A model generated the notes under the pieces. The model worked only from the letters and a program-made list of their open reading frames with translations, ran no database searches and was not told the origin of the DNA. Made by a program: the position numbers and the translations under genes. This document shows positions 18,505-27,332 of a stretch of 64,000 nt of DNA, in pieces (within the stretch, counting starts at the first letter, position 1; every line of letters begins with the position of its first letter). The stretch is from an uncultured Solirubrobacterales bacterium (lineage in GTDB: Bacteria; Actinomycetota; Thermoleophilia; Solirubrobacterales; 70-9). The stretch lies in assembly GCA_963740685.1 (NCBI GenBank), contig CAVUGA010000017.1, forward strand, positions 4,627-68,626, given 5' to 3'.

Positions 18505-18866
18505 TGGAGCCGGTCGGTTTCGAACCGACGTCCTCGGGATTCGGCGATCGGCTTCTACAGGCATAGCCGGCGCTTCGTTCTCGCCCCACGACGTCCGCAG
18601 CCGGCGGGAGATGACGTGGGGCCAAGTCCCTTAGATGTTCCCGGACGGTCGGGACGGGCCGACCGGGTGAGCCCGATTCTGATGCCGGTGATCCCACCCC
18701 TCGGGCTCGGGTGGGCCGACACACGCTGCTTAGGTTCTAGCTAAGCGGCGAGAGCGAACTCATGGTCCGCACGTATTGGTTGGTCCAGGTGTTTAACGAG
18801 GCCTCCTGGAACCTCGGCCTGCAACCTGATCGCACAAAGGCCCAAGTCGAATCCAATTTCGGCCCC
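18505..18866 (-). ncRNA. ssrA: tmRNA (transfer-messenger RNA)
   Basis: 5' GGGGCCGAAAUUGGAUUCGAC pairs with 3' ..CGGCUCCA, giving an acceptor stem with G3:U70. T-arm GUCGGUUCGAAACCGAC. Tag ORF GCG GAC CAU GAG UUC GCU CUC GCC GCU UAG encodes ADHEFALAA-stop. Confidence 0.9.
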
Positions 18867-18918
18867 GTGCTATGTCGAGCGGCAATGGTAGCCGCGAACG
18901 GCCTTTGAGCAGCAGGGC

Positions 18919-19392
18919 CTACCCGTGCTTCCGGAGTGACTTTGGCAGCCTGACCGTGCCGCCGTTCGTAGCCGTCACCGGCTGGCCATCAGGCCCGGTG
19001 AGCGAAATCGAGATGGCGATCTTCAGCTTGCCCAGCTTCTTGAGGAGCTTTTGGCCACGCTTCGCGAGGGTGATGGTGATGGACTGGGGGACGCCCGGGG
19101 AGACGTAGATCGTGGCTGACGCCAGGGCCGATGCCTTCTTCGCGCCGTGACCCGTGATCGAGCCGGAGCCGGTGCAGACGAACATGCCGTCGGGGCAGCT
19201 GCCCAGCACCCCGGCCACCACCGCGAGGCCGCCATAGGCGTTGTTAACCACGCGCGGCTTCCCGGTCACAGTCAGTTGCGCGGGGGGGTCCGCCCCGAAC
19301 GAGGTCGCCGCGCCGACGCTGGCCACGCAGATCGATGCGAGGAGCGACACCAGAAACGTGGATCCCAATCGCTTGACGAGACGAGGCATCAC
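18919..19392 (-). CDS. secreted hypothetical protein
   Basis: Signal peptide (LVSLLASICVASVGAATSFGA). Short basic C-terminus (LPKSLRKHG). Confidence 0.6.
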   Translation of the reverse strand: MMPRLVKRLGSTFLVSLLASICVASVGAATSFGADPPAQLTVTGKPRVVNNAYGGLAVVAGVLGSCPDGMFVCTGSGSITGHGAKKASALASATIYVSPGVPQSITITLAKRGQKLLKKLGKLKIAISISLTGPDGQPVTATNGGTVRLPKSLRKHG

Positions 19393-19438
19393 CTATGACA
19401 TACGTACGAGCTGGCCAAGGAGATTGCGGACATGTCCT

Positions 19439-20440
19439 TCAGGGACAGTGGGCAGTCACGTAACAGCGCAGCGGAGGCTCCTTCGGGACGTGGGGATAGG
19501 TGGCGACGGTGGCGCCGACCTCAGCGACAGAGGAGGCCTCGTCGGTGGCGAAGGTGACGGGGTTCACGCCGGGCATCAGCAGCTGCCGGCACAGCCCGGT
19601 GTCGATCAGGCGCGAGGGGTCCGCGGGCCCAGGGTGGGTGAGCGCGTCGATCGCGATCGCGTAGGCGACCGGGTCATAGGTGCCGATCGCGAGGTGGTCG
19701 CTCACGTCGAGGGGGCAGATCTGCTGGATCGCGACGTTCCTGATCTCGCCGCCGCCTCCGTGCAGCGAGCTGCCCTGCCCGGTGACGTTCGGGAAGACGA
19801 CCTCGTCCAACCGCGTGTAAGCGACCGTGTAGGAGATCCCGGGGAAGGTCTCCTGGGAGGAGTTGAGCGCCTGGATGAAATCGGCCTTGTCGCGCTGCTG
19901 CCAGAACGCCGGTGCGCAGCCGGGGATGCAGACCGGGTCCGCATCGAGGGTCCCATGGTTGCTCGGCGAGAGGCCGATCTCGTCGTCGACCATCGTCCGC
20001 GTGTCCGGCCAGAACCGGAACGCCCAGCGCGGCGCCATGCCGCCCTGGCTGTGGCCGATGATCGAGATCCTCCGGCCGGCGCGCGCGTGCATCGTCCGGA
20101 TCGCGTTGACCACGTACTCCCCCGCGACCTGGATGTCGCCCATGCCGTTCCCCGGCAGGGCGACGACGCACCAGGGAATGCCGAGCTTGGTCAGCGCCGG
20201 CTCCCAGTTCCAGGAGAAATCCGACTTTGGGCTGTAGGCGGTTCCGGGGACGAGCAGGACCGGACCCCGGTTGCCTGCGGCGAGGTTGCCCCTGCAGGTC
20301 AGCGCGGCATCGAGGTCGGCCTGGGGGACGCTCAGCGCCGGACCGGGCCGGTCGGGCGGCGCGTAGGTGGTCGCCTGGGCCGTCGCGGGCAGGAGAAGCG
20401 CCGCGCCGATCGCCACCAGGGTTGTCAGCGTCCTCTTCAT
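19439..20440 (-). CDS. secreted lipase, Candida antarctica lipase B-like alpha/beta hydrolase
   Basis: Signal peptide. LTCRGN..PVLLVPGT..WNWEPALTKLGIPWC, nucleophile GHSQGG, SNHGT. Collinear with the CALB sequence as I recall it. Confidence 0.8.
   Translation of the reverse strand: MKRTLTTLVAIGAALLLPATAQATTYAPPDRPGPALSVPQADLDAALTCRGNLAAGNRGPVLLVPGTAYSPKSDFSWNWEPALTKLGIPWCVVALPGNGMGDIQVAGEYVVNAIRTMHARAGRRISIIGHSQGGMAPRWAFRFWPDTRTMVDDEIGLSPSNHGTLDADPVCIPGCAPAFWQQRDKADFIQALNSSQETFPGISYTVAYTRLDEVVFPNVTGQGSSLHGGGGEIRNVAIQQICPLDVSDHLAIGTYDPVAYAIAIDALTHPGPADPSRLIDTGLCRQLLMPGVNPVTFATDEASSVAEVGATVATYPHVPKEPPLRCYVTAHCP
20043..20137. repeat. 95-nt block nearly identical (1 mismatch) to 21085..21179
   Basis: Read directly. 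The block encodes DIQVAGEYVVNAIRTMHARAGRRISIIGHSQGG in both lipase genes. Flanking sequence is clearly more diverged. Confidence 0.8.
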
Positions 20441-20462
20441 CTCGCCCCCCTTGGCGTCGGTA

Positions 20463-21533
20463 CTAGTGCCTCTTCTTCTGCTTCGGGCAGCTCGCCGTGA
20501 CGTAGCAGGCGAGCGGCGGCTCGGCCGAGATCTGCGGAGCGGTGGCGGTGTTGAACGCCAGGTCCGCTGCGGCGGAGGCGAGATCGGCCGGGTAGGTGAC
20601 CGGATTGATCCCCGGCATCAGCGGCTGGGTGCAGACGCTCGAGGGGATCCGGGACGGATCGGCGGGACCTGGATGATCGAGGGCGTCGATCGCCAGGGCA
20701 TACGCGACGTTGTCCTGCGTGCCGATCGCCAGGTGCTCGGAGGGGTCCAGCGGGCAGATCTGCTGGATCGCCTCGTTGGTGATCTCACCGCCGCCCCCGT
20801 GGAGCGACGAGCTCCCTGAGTCATCGGAGTTCGGCGTCACGATCTCGTCGAAATGGCTGTAGATCTCGGTATAGGAGATCCCCGGGAACGTCTCCTGGTG
20901 GGAGTTGAGTGCCTTGATGAAGTCCGAGACGTCGCGCTGCTGCCAGTCGGCGGCAGCGCAGCTGAAGGTGCAGAGGGGATCCGCCCCGGTCGTCCCGTGA
21001 TTGCTCGGAGCGAAGCCGATCTGGTCGTCCACCATCGAGCGCGTGTCGGGCCAGAAGCGCAGGGGCCAGCGGGGCAGCATTCCTCCCTGGCTGTGGCCGA
21101 TGATCGAGATCCTCCGCCCGGCGCGCGCGTGCATCGTCCGGATCGCGTTGACCACGTACTCCCCCGCGACCTGGATGTCCCCGAGGGCGTTGCCGGGCAG
21201 CGTCACCGCGCACCACGGGATGCCCAGCTTGTTGAGTGCCGGCTCCCAGTTCCAGGAGAAGTTCGAGTGCGGGTTGCTGCCGGTGCCCGGGACCAGCAGG
21301 ACGGGGGCGCGGCCGGCGCTCGCAAGGTTGCCGGTGCACTCGAGGCTGGCGTCGAGCTTGTCCTGGGGAACGCTCAGCGCGGGCCCGGGCTGGTCGACCG
21401 GCGCGTAGGTGATCGCCGCCGCGGAGGCAGGCACGAGCAGCGATGCCGCCGCGATCGCGCCGACGAGCCCTCTGCCCAGGAGCCCTCTCCTCACGCACGC
21501 GACAGTACCAAGTCTTAGGTATCGCTGAGACAC
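20463..21533 (-). CDS. secreted CALB-like lipase (tandem paralogue)
   Basis: Same motif set as 19439..20440. A GTG at 21494 (MRRGLLGRGLVGAIAAASLLVPASAAA) gives a more typical signal peptide. Ends CPKQKKRH. Confidence 0.8.
   Translation of the reverse strand: MSQRYLRLGTVACVRRGLLGRGLVGAIAAASLLVPASAAAITYAPVDQPGPALSVPQDKLDASLECTGNLASAGRAPVLLVPGTGSNPHSNFSWNWEPALNKLGIPWCAVTLPGNALGDIQVAGEYVVNAIRTMHARAGRRISIIGHSQGGMLPRWPLRFWPDTRSMVDDQIGFAPSNHGTTGADPLCTFSCAAADWQQRDVSDFIKALNSHQETFPGISYTEIYSHFDEIVTPNSDDSGSSSLHGGGGEITNEAIQQICPLDPSEHLAIGTQDNVAYALAIDALDHPGPADPSRIPSSVCTQPLMPGINPVTYPADLASAAADLAFNTATAPQISAEPPLACYVTASCPKQKKRH
21085..21179. repeat. 95-nt block, partner of 20043..20137
   Basis: See partner entry. 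Confidence 0.8.
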
Positions 21534-21604
21534 CTCCCCCGCCCTGTCTCGCCGCTCTGTGCCTTAGGCCCGGTGAAGCCGCGGCGCTAGATTGGATCGA
21601 GACC

Positions 21605-22435
21605 ATGGAAGCGCACGAGCATTCCGTCGAGCCGATCCATCCGGGCTCCGGCCGTGGCGAGGGGCTGCTGAAGCGGATCGGGAGCGCCCTCGCCGCCGTC
21701 GGCCTGGTGATCGCCAAGCTGGGCGCGAAGGCGAAGCTGCTGCTGGTGGCGCTGCCGAAGCTGAAGCTGTTCTCCACCTCAGCGTCGATGCTCGTCTCGA
21801 TCGCCGCCTATCAGCTGATCTTCGGCTGGCTCTTCTCGATCGGCTTCGTGCTCCTCCTGCTCCTACATGAGCTCGGGCACGTGTTCCAGCTCCGCCGCGA
21901 GGGGATCAAGGCATCGGCGCCGATGTTCATCCCCTTCATGGGCGCGGTGATCTCAGCGAGGTCGATGGGCGACGATGCCGCGGCGGAGGCCCGCGTCGGG
22001 CTCGCCGGCCCGATCCTCGGATCGATTGCAACCCTGGTCCCGCTCGGCATCTGGCTCGCAACAGGCAGCGACTTCTGGCGCGCCCTCGCCTTCATCGGCT
22101 TCTTCCTCAACCTCTTCAACCTGGTCCCGGTCCTGCCGCTCGACGGCGGGCGGGCGATGGCCGCGCTGTCTCCCTGGGTCTGGCTGGTCGGCTTCGCCGG
22201 GCTGGTGGCGATGGCCTTCGTGTTCCCGAGCCCGATCCTGCTGATCATCCTCCTGCTCGGCGGCATGGAGACCTGGCGCCGCTGGAAGACGCGCAACACG
22301 CCCGAGGGGCGCGCATACCACCGCATCCCGACGCGCACACGCGTCCTGGTGGCGGCCACCTACCTGGCTCTGATCGCCGCCCTGGCGCTCGGAACGTCGG
22401 TGACGCACCTGCCGCGCGGCTTCTCGGACGTCTAG
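21605..22435 (+). CDS. M50-like (site-2 protease family) membrane metalloprotease
   Basis: HELGH in a TM helix, later NLFNLVPVLPLDGG. Polytopic. ATG 21605 chosen; the track ORF begins upstream at 21443. Confidence 0.7.
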   Translation: MEAHEHSVEPIHPGSGRGEGLLKRIGSALAAVGLVIAKLGAKAKLLLVALPKLKLFSTSASMLVSIAAYQLIFGWLFSIGFVLLLLLHELGHVFQLRREGIKASAPMFIPFMGAVISARSMGDDAAAEARVGLAGPILGSIATLVPLGIWLATGSDFWRALAFIGFFLNLFNLVPVLPLDGGRAMAALSPWVWLVGFAGLVAMAFVFPSPILLIILLLGGMETWRRWKTRNTPEGRAYHRIPTRTRVLVAATYLALIAALALGTSVTHLPRGFSDV

Positions 22436-25098
22436 AGGCTCAGCTTCGGCTTGACGTCGCGCAGGAACTGGCGCGGCATTCCGGGGACGTCAGCGAGGTC
22501 GTCGAGTGACTTGAAGCCCTGCTGGCGCTCGCGGTAGGTGATCACGCGAGTCGCCTGGGTCACCGAGAAGCCGACGTCGCGCAAATCCTCGAACGTCGCC
22601 TGATTGAGGTTCGTCCGGTCGCCGACGTCGACCTTGGGCTGGGTTTCGGGCCTCGCCGTCTCCTCTTGCTTCTCAGGCTCCTCCTTGGAGGCCCGCTCCT
22701 GCTCCTCGGGCTTCTCCTCCGCTTCATCCTCACCCTCGCGGCCGGGTCCGACGCCCAGAATGGCTCCGACGGTGCGGCCCAGGATGCCGCCCCGGTCCTC
22801 CTCCTCCTCGCCCTCGGTCCTCGTCTCCTCCCGATCGGCCTCGGGGGCTTCAACCGACTCAGAGGGCTTCGGCGCCGTGGCGGGCTCAGAGCTGCGCATC
22901 GAGACCACCCAGTCCTCCTGTTCGGTGTCGGCCGGCTTCGGGGGCTCCGGGGCGCGCGGCCGTTGGCTGGGTGGCGCCGGCGGCGGTGTTGGCGGCAGCG
23001 GCGGCGGCGGCTCGGACGGCTTGGCCGGCGAGGTGCCGAGCTCCTCAGCCGCCCGGATACTGGCCGCGGCGGCGCTCTCGGCGGCGCGCGCCTTGCGCTC
23101 CGCCTCCACGGCGCGAGCCTCTGCGGCGCTCACGCGCTCCAGGACCTCCCGAAGCCTGGCTTCGCGCTCATCCTCCTCCAGCTTGAGCTGGGCGAGACGC
23201 TCGGCGTCGGCCGCTCGCCGCTCCGCCTCCTTGGCCCTCAGCTCGATCTCCTGAAGCCGCCTGTAGGCGTCCTCCATCGCTCGCTCGCGCTGCTCGCGCT
23301 CGGCCTGGAGCCGGCGCTCGGCCTCCTCGACGGCGCCGGACAGGCGGCTGGTCTCGCCGCCCAGCCTCCCCTCGAGCTCCGCCCGGGCGCGCTGCTCCGC
23401 GTCCTGCCTCAGCCGGGACGTCTCCGCTCCAAAGTGCTCCTCGGCCTCAGAGCGGACCCGCTCCTCCGCCTCGCGTCGTGCCTGCTCGGCCGCCTGCGCG
23501 ACCCGGGTATCGGCGTCGCGGCGGGCCTGCTCGATGGCCTGACGAGTTCGCTCCTCGACCTCCTGCCGGACCCGCTCCGACTCCTCCCGTGCGCGCTGCT
23601 CGCTCTCGCGGCGGATGCGCTCGGCCTCCTCCCGGAGCATCGCCTCGGCCTCCTCGCGGGCCTCTTCGCGGGCCTGCCGCCTGGCCTGGTCGGCGGCCAT
23701 CTTGATCAGCTGCTCGGTCTCGTCCTCGGCACTCTGCGCCCGCTGCTCGGCGGGAGCGGCCGGCTCCGCGAGTGGCTCCGCGAGTGGCGGAGATGAAGTG
23801 GGTTCGCGCTCGGGAGGAGCGTCGTACGGCCGGGGCGGCGTCACGTCAGGGGGCAGCGCGGAGCCAGCCTCGACGGGCTCCTCGGGCTTCTCCTCGCCCT
23901 CTCGAGCGAGGCGATCGATCTCCTCCTGCAGCGATCCGCCCCCGGCAGGCGGGGACAGCTCGACCGGCTGCTCGGACTCGGGCGGACTGGGCGGCTCGGG
24001 AGACGCGGGCGGCTCGGGTGCGGATGCCGCCAGCTCCGCGCCTGACGCGTCGGGGACCGGGGTCCCGGTGGCCTCCTCCTCCTCCTCGGAGGAGGTTCGG
24101 CCAAAGCCGGCGGGAGCGCTCTCGGGCTCGGGCGCGATCGGCGTCAGCGCCGTGTCATCCGGCGCCTTGCGCTCCGGGCCACCACCGGGCGGCACCCACT
24201 GAGAGGGGGCAGGGGTGCTGGGCTCCTCGACCTTCTCCTCGTCTTCCCCCTCCTCCTCGGGCTTCTCGGGCTTCTTCGGCTCCTCGGCCTTCTCCGGCTC
24301 CTCGGGCTCCTTCGACTCCTTCTGCTTCTCGTCCTTGAGCCCGGCCGGCACCTCCTCGAGATCCTTTGCTCCCTCGTCCTCTCCCTTCGCCTCGGCCGCC
24401 GCTGAAGCGCCCTCCCCCAGACCAAGGGCAGCGGCAAGCATCGTCGACTTCTCAGTCTCGGCCTCTGCGTCCGCCTTGACCTCGGCGGCCTCCTCCTTGG
24501 GCACGGGCGGAGCCTCCCCCTTGCGCTCCGCCTTCCGGCGTGCGCGATCCTCCTTGCGCTTCTGGCGCTCCTCGCGCCGGCGCTTTCGCTCCTCCTCCCA
24601 GGCGCGGCGATCCTTGTCCTCGGCGCGACGCTTCTCCTCGGCGACTCGCTGTCGCTTTGCCTTCCGCTCGCTGCGCCGATCCTTGCGGCTCGGCTTGCCC
24701 TTCGTGTCCGGCTTGGCCTCGGCGTCAGGCTTGGACTCCGCGTCCGGCTTGGCCTTGGCATCCGGCTTGGCCTTGGCCTCCGGCTCGGCCTTGGCCTCCG
24801 GCTCGGCCTTGGCCTTGGCGGCGGCCTTCGGCGCCGGCGTCTCGGTGACCCTGCCCTCGGCCTTGGCCTTCTTCTTTGCGCGGCGCGCGTCGCGGCGCGA
24901 CACCCGCGCCCCGGATTCGCTCTCCTTGCGACGCCTGCGACTGATCAGCAAGAAGAGAATCAGGAGCAGGATCACGGCGCCGACGATGGCGTACGCCTCG
25001 GCTGGGTGGTCCTGAAAGAAGTCGGAGACCTTGTTGGTATCGATTGCAGCAAGCATCGACGTGCACAATCGTTGCACGGGACTTTCGTTCTCGTGCAT
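22432..25098 (-). CDS. membrane-anchored, highly charged repeat protein with C-terminal ComEA-type helix-hairpin-helix domain
   Basis: N-terminal TM helix (AIVGAVILLLILFLLI), KAEPEA/KAKPDA repeats, long Arg/Glu/Ala-rich region, Pro-rich and acidic segments. C-terminus NLNQATFEDLRDVGFSVTQATRVITYRERQQGFKSLDDLADVPGM. Confidence 0.75.
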   Translation of the reverse strand: MHENESPVQRLCTSMLAAIDTNKVSDFFQDHPAEAYAIVGAVILLLILFLLISRRRRKESESGARVSRRDARRAKKKAKAEGRVTETPAPKAAAKAKAEPEAKAEPEAKAKPDAKAKPDAESKPDAEAKPDTKGKPSRKDRRSERKAKRQRVAEEKRRAEDKDRRAWEEERKRRREERQKRKEDRARRKAERKGEAPPVPKEEAAEVKADAEAETEKSTMLAAALGLGEGASAAAEAKGEDEGAKDLEEVPAGLKDEKQKESKEPEEPEKAEEPKKPEKPEEEGEDEEKVEEPSTPAPSQWVPPGGGPERKAPDDTALTPIAPEPESAPAGFGRTSSEEEEEATGTPVPDASGAELAASAPEPPASPEPPSPPESEQPVELSPPAGGGSLQEEIDRLAREGEEKPEEPVEAGSALPPDVTPPRPYDAPPEREPTSSPPLAEPLAEPAAPAEQRAQSAEDETEQLIKMAADQARRQAREEAREEAEAMLREEAERIRRESEQRAREESERVRQEVEERTRQAIEQARRDADTRVAQAAEQARREAEERVRSEAEEHFGAETSRLRQDAEQRARAELEGRLGGETSRLSGAVEEAERRLQAEREQRERAMEDAYRRLQEIELRAKEAERRAADAERLAQLKLEEDEREARLREVLERVSAAEARAVEAERKARAAESAAAASIRAAEELGTSPAKPSEPPPPLPPTPPPAPPSQRPRAPEPPKPADTEQEDWVVSMRSSEPATAPKPSESVEAPEADREETRTEGEEEEDRGGILGRTVGAILGVGPGREGEDEAEEKPEEQERASKEEPEKQEETARPETQPKVDVGDRTNLNQATFEDLRDVGFSVTQATRVITYRERQQGFKSLDDLADVPGMPRQFLRDVKPKLSL
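24694..24828 (-). repeat. imperfect 18-nt tandem repeats encoding (K-A-E/K-P-E/D-A)n
   Basis: ggcttggccttggc(a/c)tcc-type units on the plus strand. Protein residues about 91-135. Confidence 0.7.
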
Positions 25099-25131
25099 TG
25101 ACCTTTGCCCTGCTATCGGGCGAAAGCTTGC

Positions 25132-25614
25132 TTAGCTCAAACGCTGCTTGAAATCTCGCTCGACCTCGCGCCGCAGATCACGGTCCGCGATCTCGCGCCG
25201 CCGGTCCCTGCCCTCCTTGCCCTTCGCCAGGGCGAGCTCGACCTTGGCCCTCGGGCCCTTGAAATAGATGCGGGTCGGGACCAGCGTCAGCCCGCGTTCG
25301 GCGGTCTTGCCGATCAACCGCTCGATCTCTCGGCGGTGGAGCAGAAGCTTGCGGGGCCGATCGGGATCGTGGTTCTGGTCCGAGGCCGGGAGGTACGGAG
25401 GGATGTGTGCGCCTCGCATCCAGACCTCACCCTTCTCCACCACCGCGTAGGCCTCGTTGAGCTGGGCCTTGCCATCGCGGAGCGATTTGACCTCGCTGCC
25501 GCGCAGCTCGACCCCCGCCTCCATCTTCTCCAGCACCTGGAACTTGTGCCGGGCGCGGCGGTTGGTGGCGACATCCCCGCTCACCGGGGTTCTGGGGCTC
25601 TTCGGCTTGGCCAT
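25132..25614 (-). CDS. smpB: SsrA-binding protein
   Basis: NRRARHKFQVLEKMEAGVELRGSEVKSLR..LLLHRREI..GLTLVP. ATG overlaps the rnr stop (TGATG). Confidence 0.92.
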   Translation of the reverse strand: MAKPKSPRTPVSGDVATNRRARHKFQVLEKMEAGVELRGSEVKSLRDGKAQLNEAYAVVEKGEVWMRGAHIPPYLPASDQNHDPDRPRKLLLHRREIERLIGKTAERGLTLVPTRIYFKGPRAKVELALAKGKEGRDRRREIADRDLRREVERDFKQRLS

Positions 25615-27332
25615 CAGCCTTTTGAGGGAAGAAGGTCCACCCGCCCCCGGGGCGCCTCGACCCGGTCGACAGTGATCGTGGCCGGGTCGCCGATCCTGAT
25701 CGCCGGCCCCCCGCGTGCACCCAGCAGCCTGGTCTCGGTCGCGTCGAGCTCGTAGCGCTCCCGCCCGCCGATCCGGCGGGCTGGGAGAAATCCCTCGTAG
25801 ACGTCGGCGAGCGCTCCGCCGAAGCGGACGAAGCAGCCGGCGCCCACCACCCCGGAGACCTCTCCCTCGAAACGGGTGTCGGGTCCTCGCTCGAACAGCT
25901 CCCGCTGGAGCAGGAACGAAGCGCAGACCGAATCGGCATCGCGCTCTGTCCGGGTCGCGTCGCGCTCGCGCTCCGAGCAATGAGCGCCCAGCTCGGCCAG
26001 GCCCTCGGCGCGGGGCGCCTCCTCCCCCGCTCCGATCGCCGAGAGGAGGGCGCGGTGGGCGATCAGGTCCGGGTACCTGCGGATCGGCGAGGTGAAGTGC
26101 GCATAGGCGGAGCTCCCCAGGCCGGCATGGCCGAGGTTGCGGTCCGTGTAGTGAGCCGGCTTCAGCGAGCGAAGCACAAGCGATGTATACGCCTCGCGGC
26201 CATGGCCGCGGCGCTTGGCCTCGCGCGCCACCAGGCGGCTCGTCTCCCCGGCGAGCTCACCGGCCTGGTGGGGGGAGATCCGGTCGGGCAGCGGAGGCGT
26301 CGGCAGGTCGAGTGCCGCGAGCTGCTCGATCAGCCGGCGGATGCGATCTGGGTCCGGCTGCTCGTGCACTCGATAGAGGGTTGGGACGCGACGGCGCTCG
26401 AGCAGCTCGGCGACCCGCTCGTTGGTGAGGATCATCAGGTGCTCGATCAACTCATGCGCCTCGGTCTGGGGCACCGAGTGAGCGCCCGTCACCTGGCCGT
26501 CCTCGAAGCGGAACTCGGGCTCGAAGCTCTCCACCTCGAGGGAGGACCGAGGGCGCCTTCCGGCGAGTGCCGCAGCCGCCTCCCTGGCGAGCTTGAGGGG
26601 CCCGGCGATCACCGCCGGCGGCTTGGCCCGTCCGGCGAAGATCTCATCGAGCTGCTCGTAGCTCAACCGGACGTCCGAGCGGATCACGCTGCGGTGGAAG
26701 CGGGCCGAGAGGGGCTCGCCTGCGTCCGAGAGCTCGATCTCCGAGGTGACCGCGAGCCGATCCTGCTCGGGGGCGAGGCTGCAGGCATGGCTCGAGAGCG
26801 CGTGCGGCAACATCGGCGCGACCAGGCCCGGGACGTAGGTCGAGTTCGCTCGCCGGTGCGCCTCCTTCTCCACGGTGCTTCCGGGACGGACGTGAGCGCC
26901 GACGTCCGCGATGTGTATCCAGAGGCGCACCCCCCTGTCGGTCCTCGAGGCCGAGACTGCGTCGTCGAAATCGTGGGCACTCGCGGGGTCCACGGTGAAG
27001 GTGGGGAGATCTCGGAGATCCCGGCGGTCGACGTTCATCGCCGCGGCGGCCGCCGGGGCCTCCGCCGCCTCCTCCTCGACCCGCTTTGAGAAGCCGGTCC
27101 TGACCTGCCTGTCCTCGAGCATCGCCTCGATCACATCCGACGCCCGGCTGGGATCGCCGAGCTGGCGGACGACACGCGCGCGGCCGCGGCCCTGACCGAG
27201 CTCCACCAGAGCCATCCGGCCGGGGTTCGCTGCCCGGCGCCCGCCGCCGAGCTCAATCTGCTCGCCGCGTTCGAACAGCAGCTCGCCGACCAGGAACCGG
27301 CCGCGCTTTGAGACGAGGACTACGCGCTTCAG
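25614..27332 (-). CDS. rnr: ribonuclease R (RNB family 3'-5' exoribonuclease)
   Basis: RNB motifs FTVDPASAHDFDDAVS, HIADV, HAGLGSSAYAHFTSPIRRYPDLIAHR. C-terminal S1-like domain. The conserved N-terminus extends upstream of ATG 27215. Proposed CTG start at 27332 (see finding). Confidence 0.8.
   Translation of the reverse strand: MKRVVLVSKRGRFLVGELLFERGEQIELGGGRRAANPGRMALVELGQGRGRARVVRQLGDPSRASDVIEAMLEDRQVRTGFSKRVEEEAAEAPAAAAAMNVDRRDLRDLPTFTVDPASAHDFDDAVSASRTDRGVRLWIHIADVGAHVRPGSTVEKEAHRRANSTYVPGLVAPMLPHALSSHACSLAPEQDRLAVTSEIELSDAGEPLSARFHRSVIRSDVRLSYEQLDEIFAGRAKPPAVIAGPLKLAREAAAALAGRRPRSSLEVESFEPEFRFEDGQVTGAHSVPQTEAHELIEHLMILTNERVAELLERRRVPTLYRVHEQPDPDRIRRLIEQLAALDLPTPPLPDRISPHQAGELAGETSRLVAREAKRRGHGREAYTSLVLRSLKPAHYTDRNLGHAGLGSSAYAHFTSPIRRYPDLIAHRALLSAIGAGEEAPRAEGLAELGAHCSERERDATRTERDADSVCASFLLQRELFERGPDTRFEGEVSGVVGAGCFVRFGGALADVYEGFLPARRIGGRERYELDATETRLLGARGGPAIRIGDPATITVDRVEAPRGRVDLLPSKG

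Noticed and set aside
16981-18505. Genomic island integrated at the 3' end of ssrA.
   Set aside because: The genes downstream of the tmRNA 3' end are an alpha/beta hydrolase and a hypothetical protein. I saw no integrase, no excisionase and no direct repeat of the ssrA 3' end. A full repeat search was not possible by eye.
22604-25015. Plus-strand Ser/Ala/Arg-rich ORFs (22604..23254, 22666..23796, 23615..24202, 24215..25015) as real genes antisense to the 888-aa ORF.
   Set aside because: They arise from low-complexity GC-rich repeats. Only the minus-strand frame has a TM anchor at one end and a recognisable HhH domain at the other.
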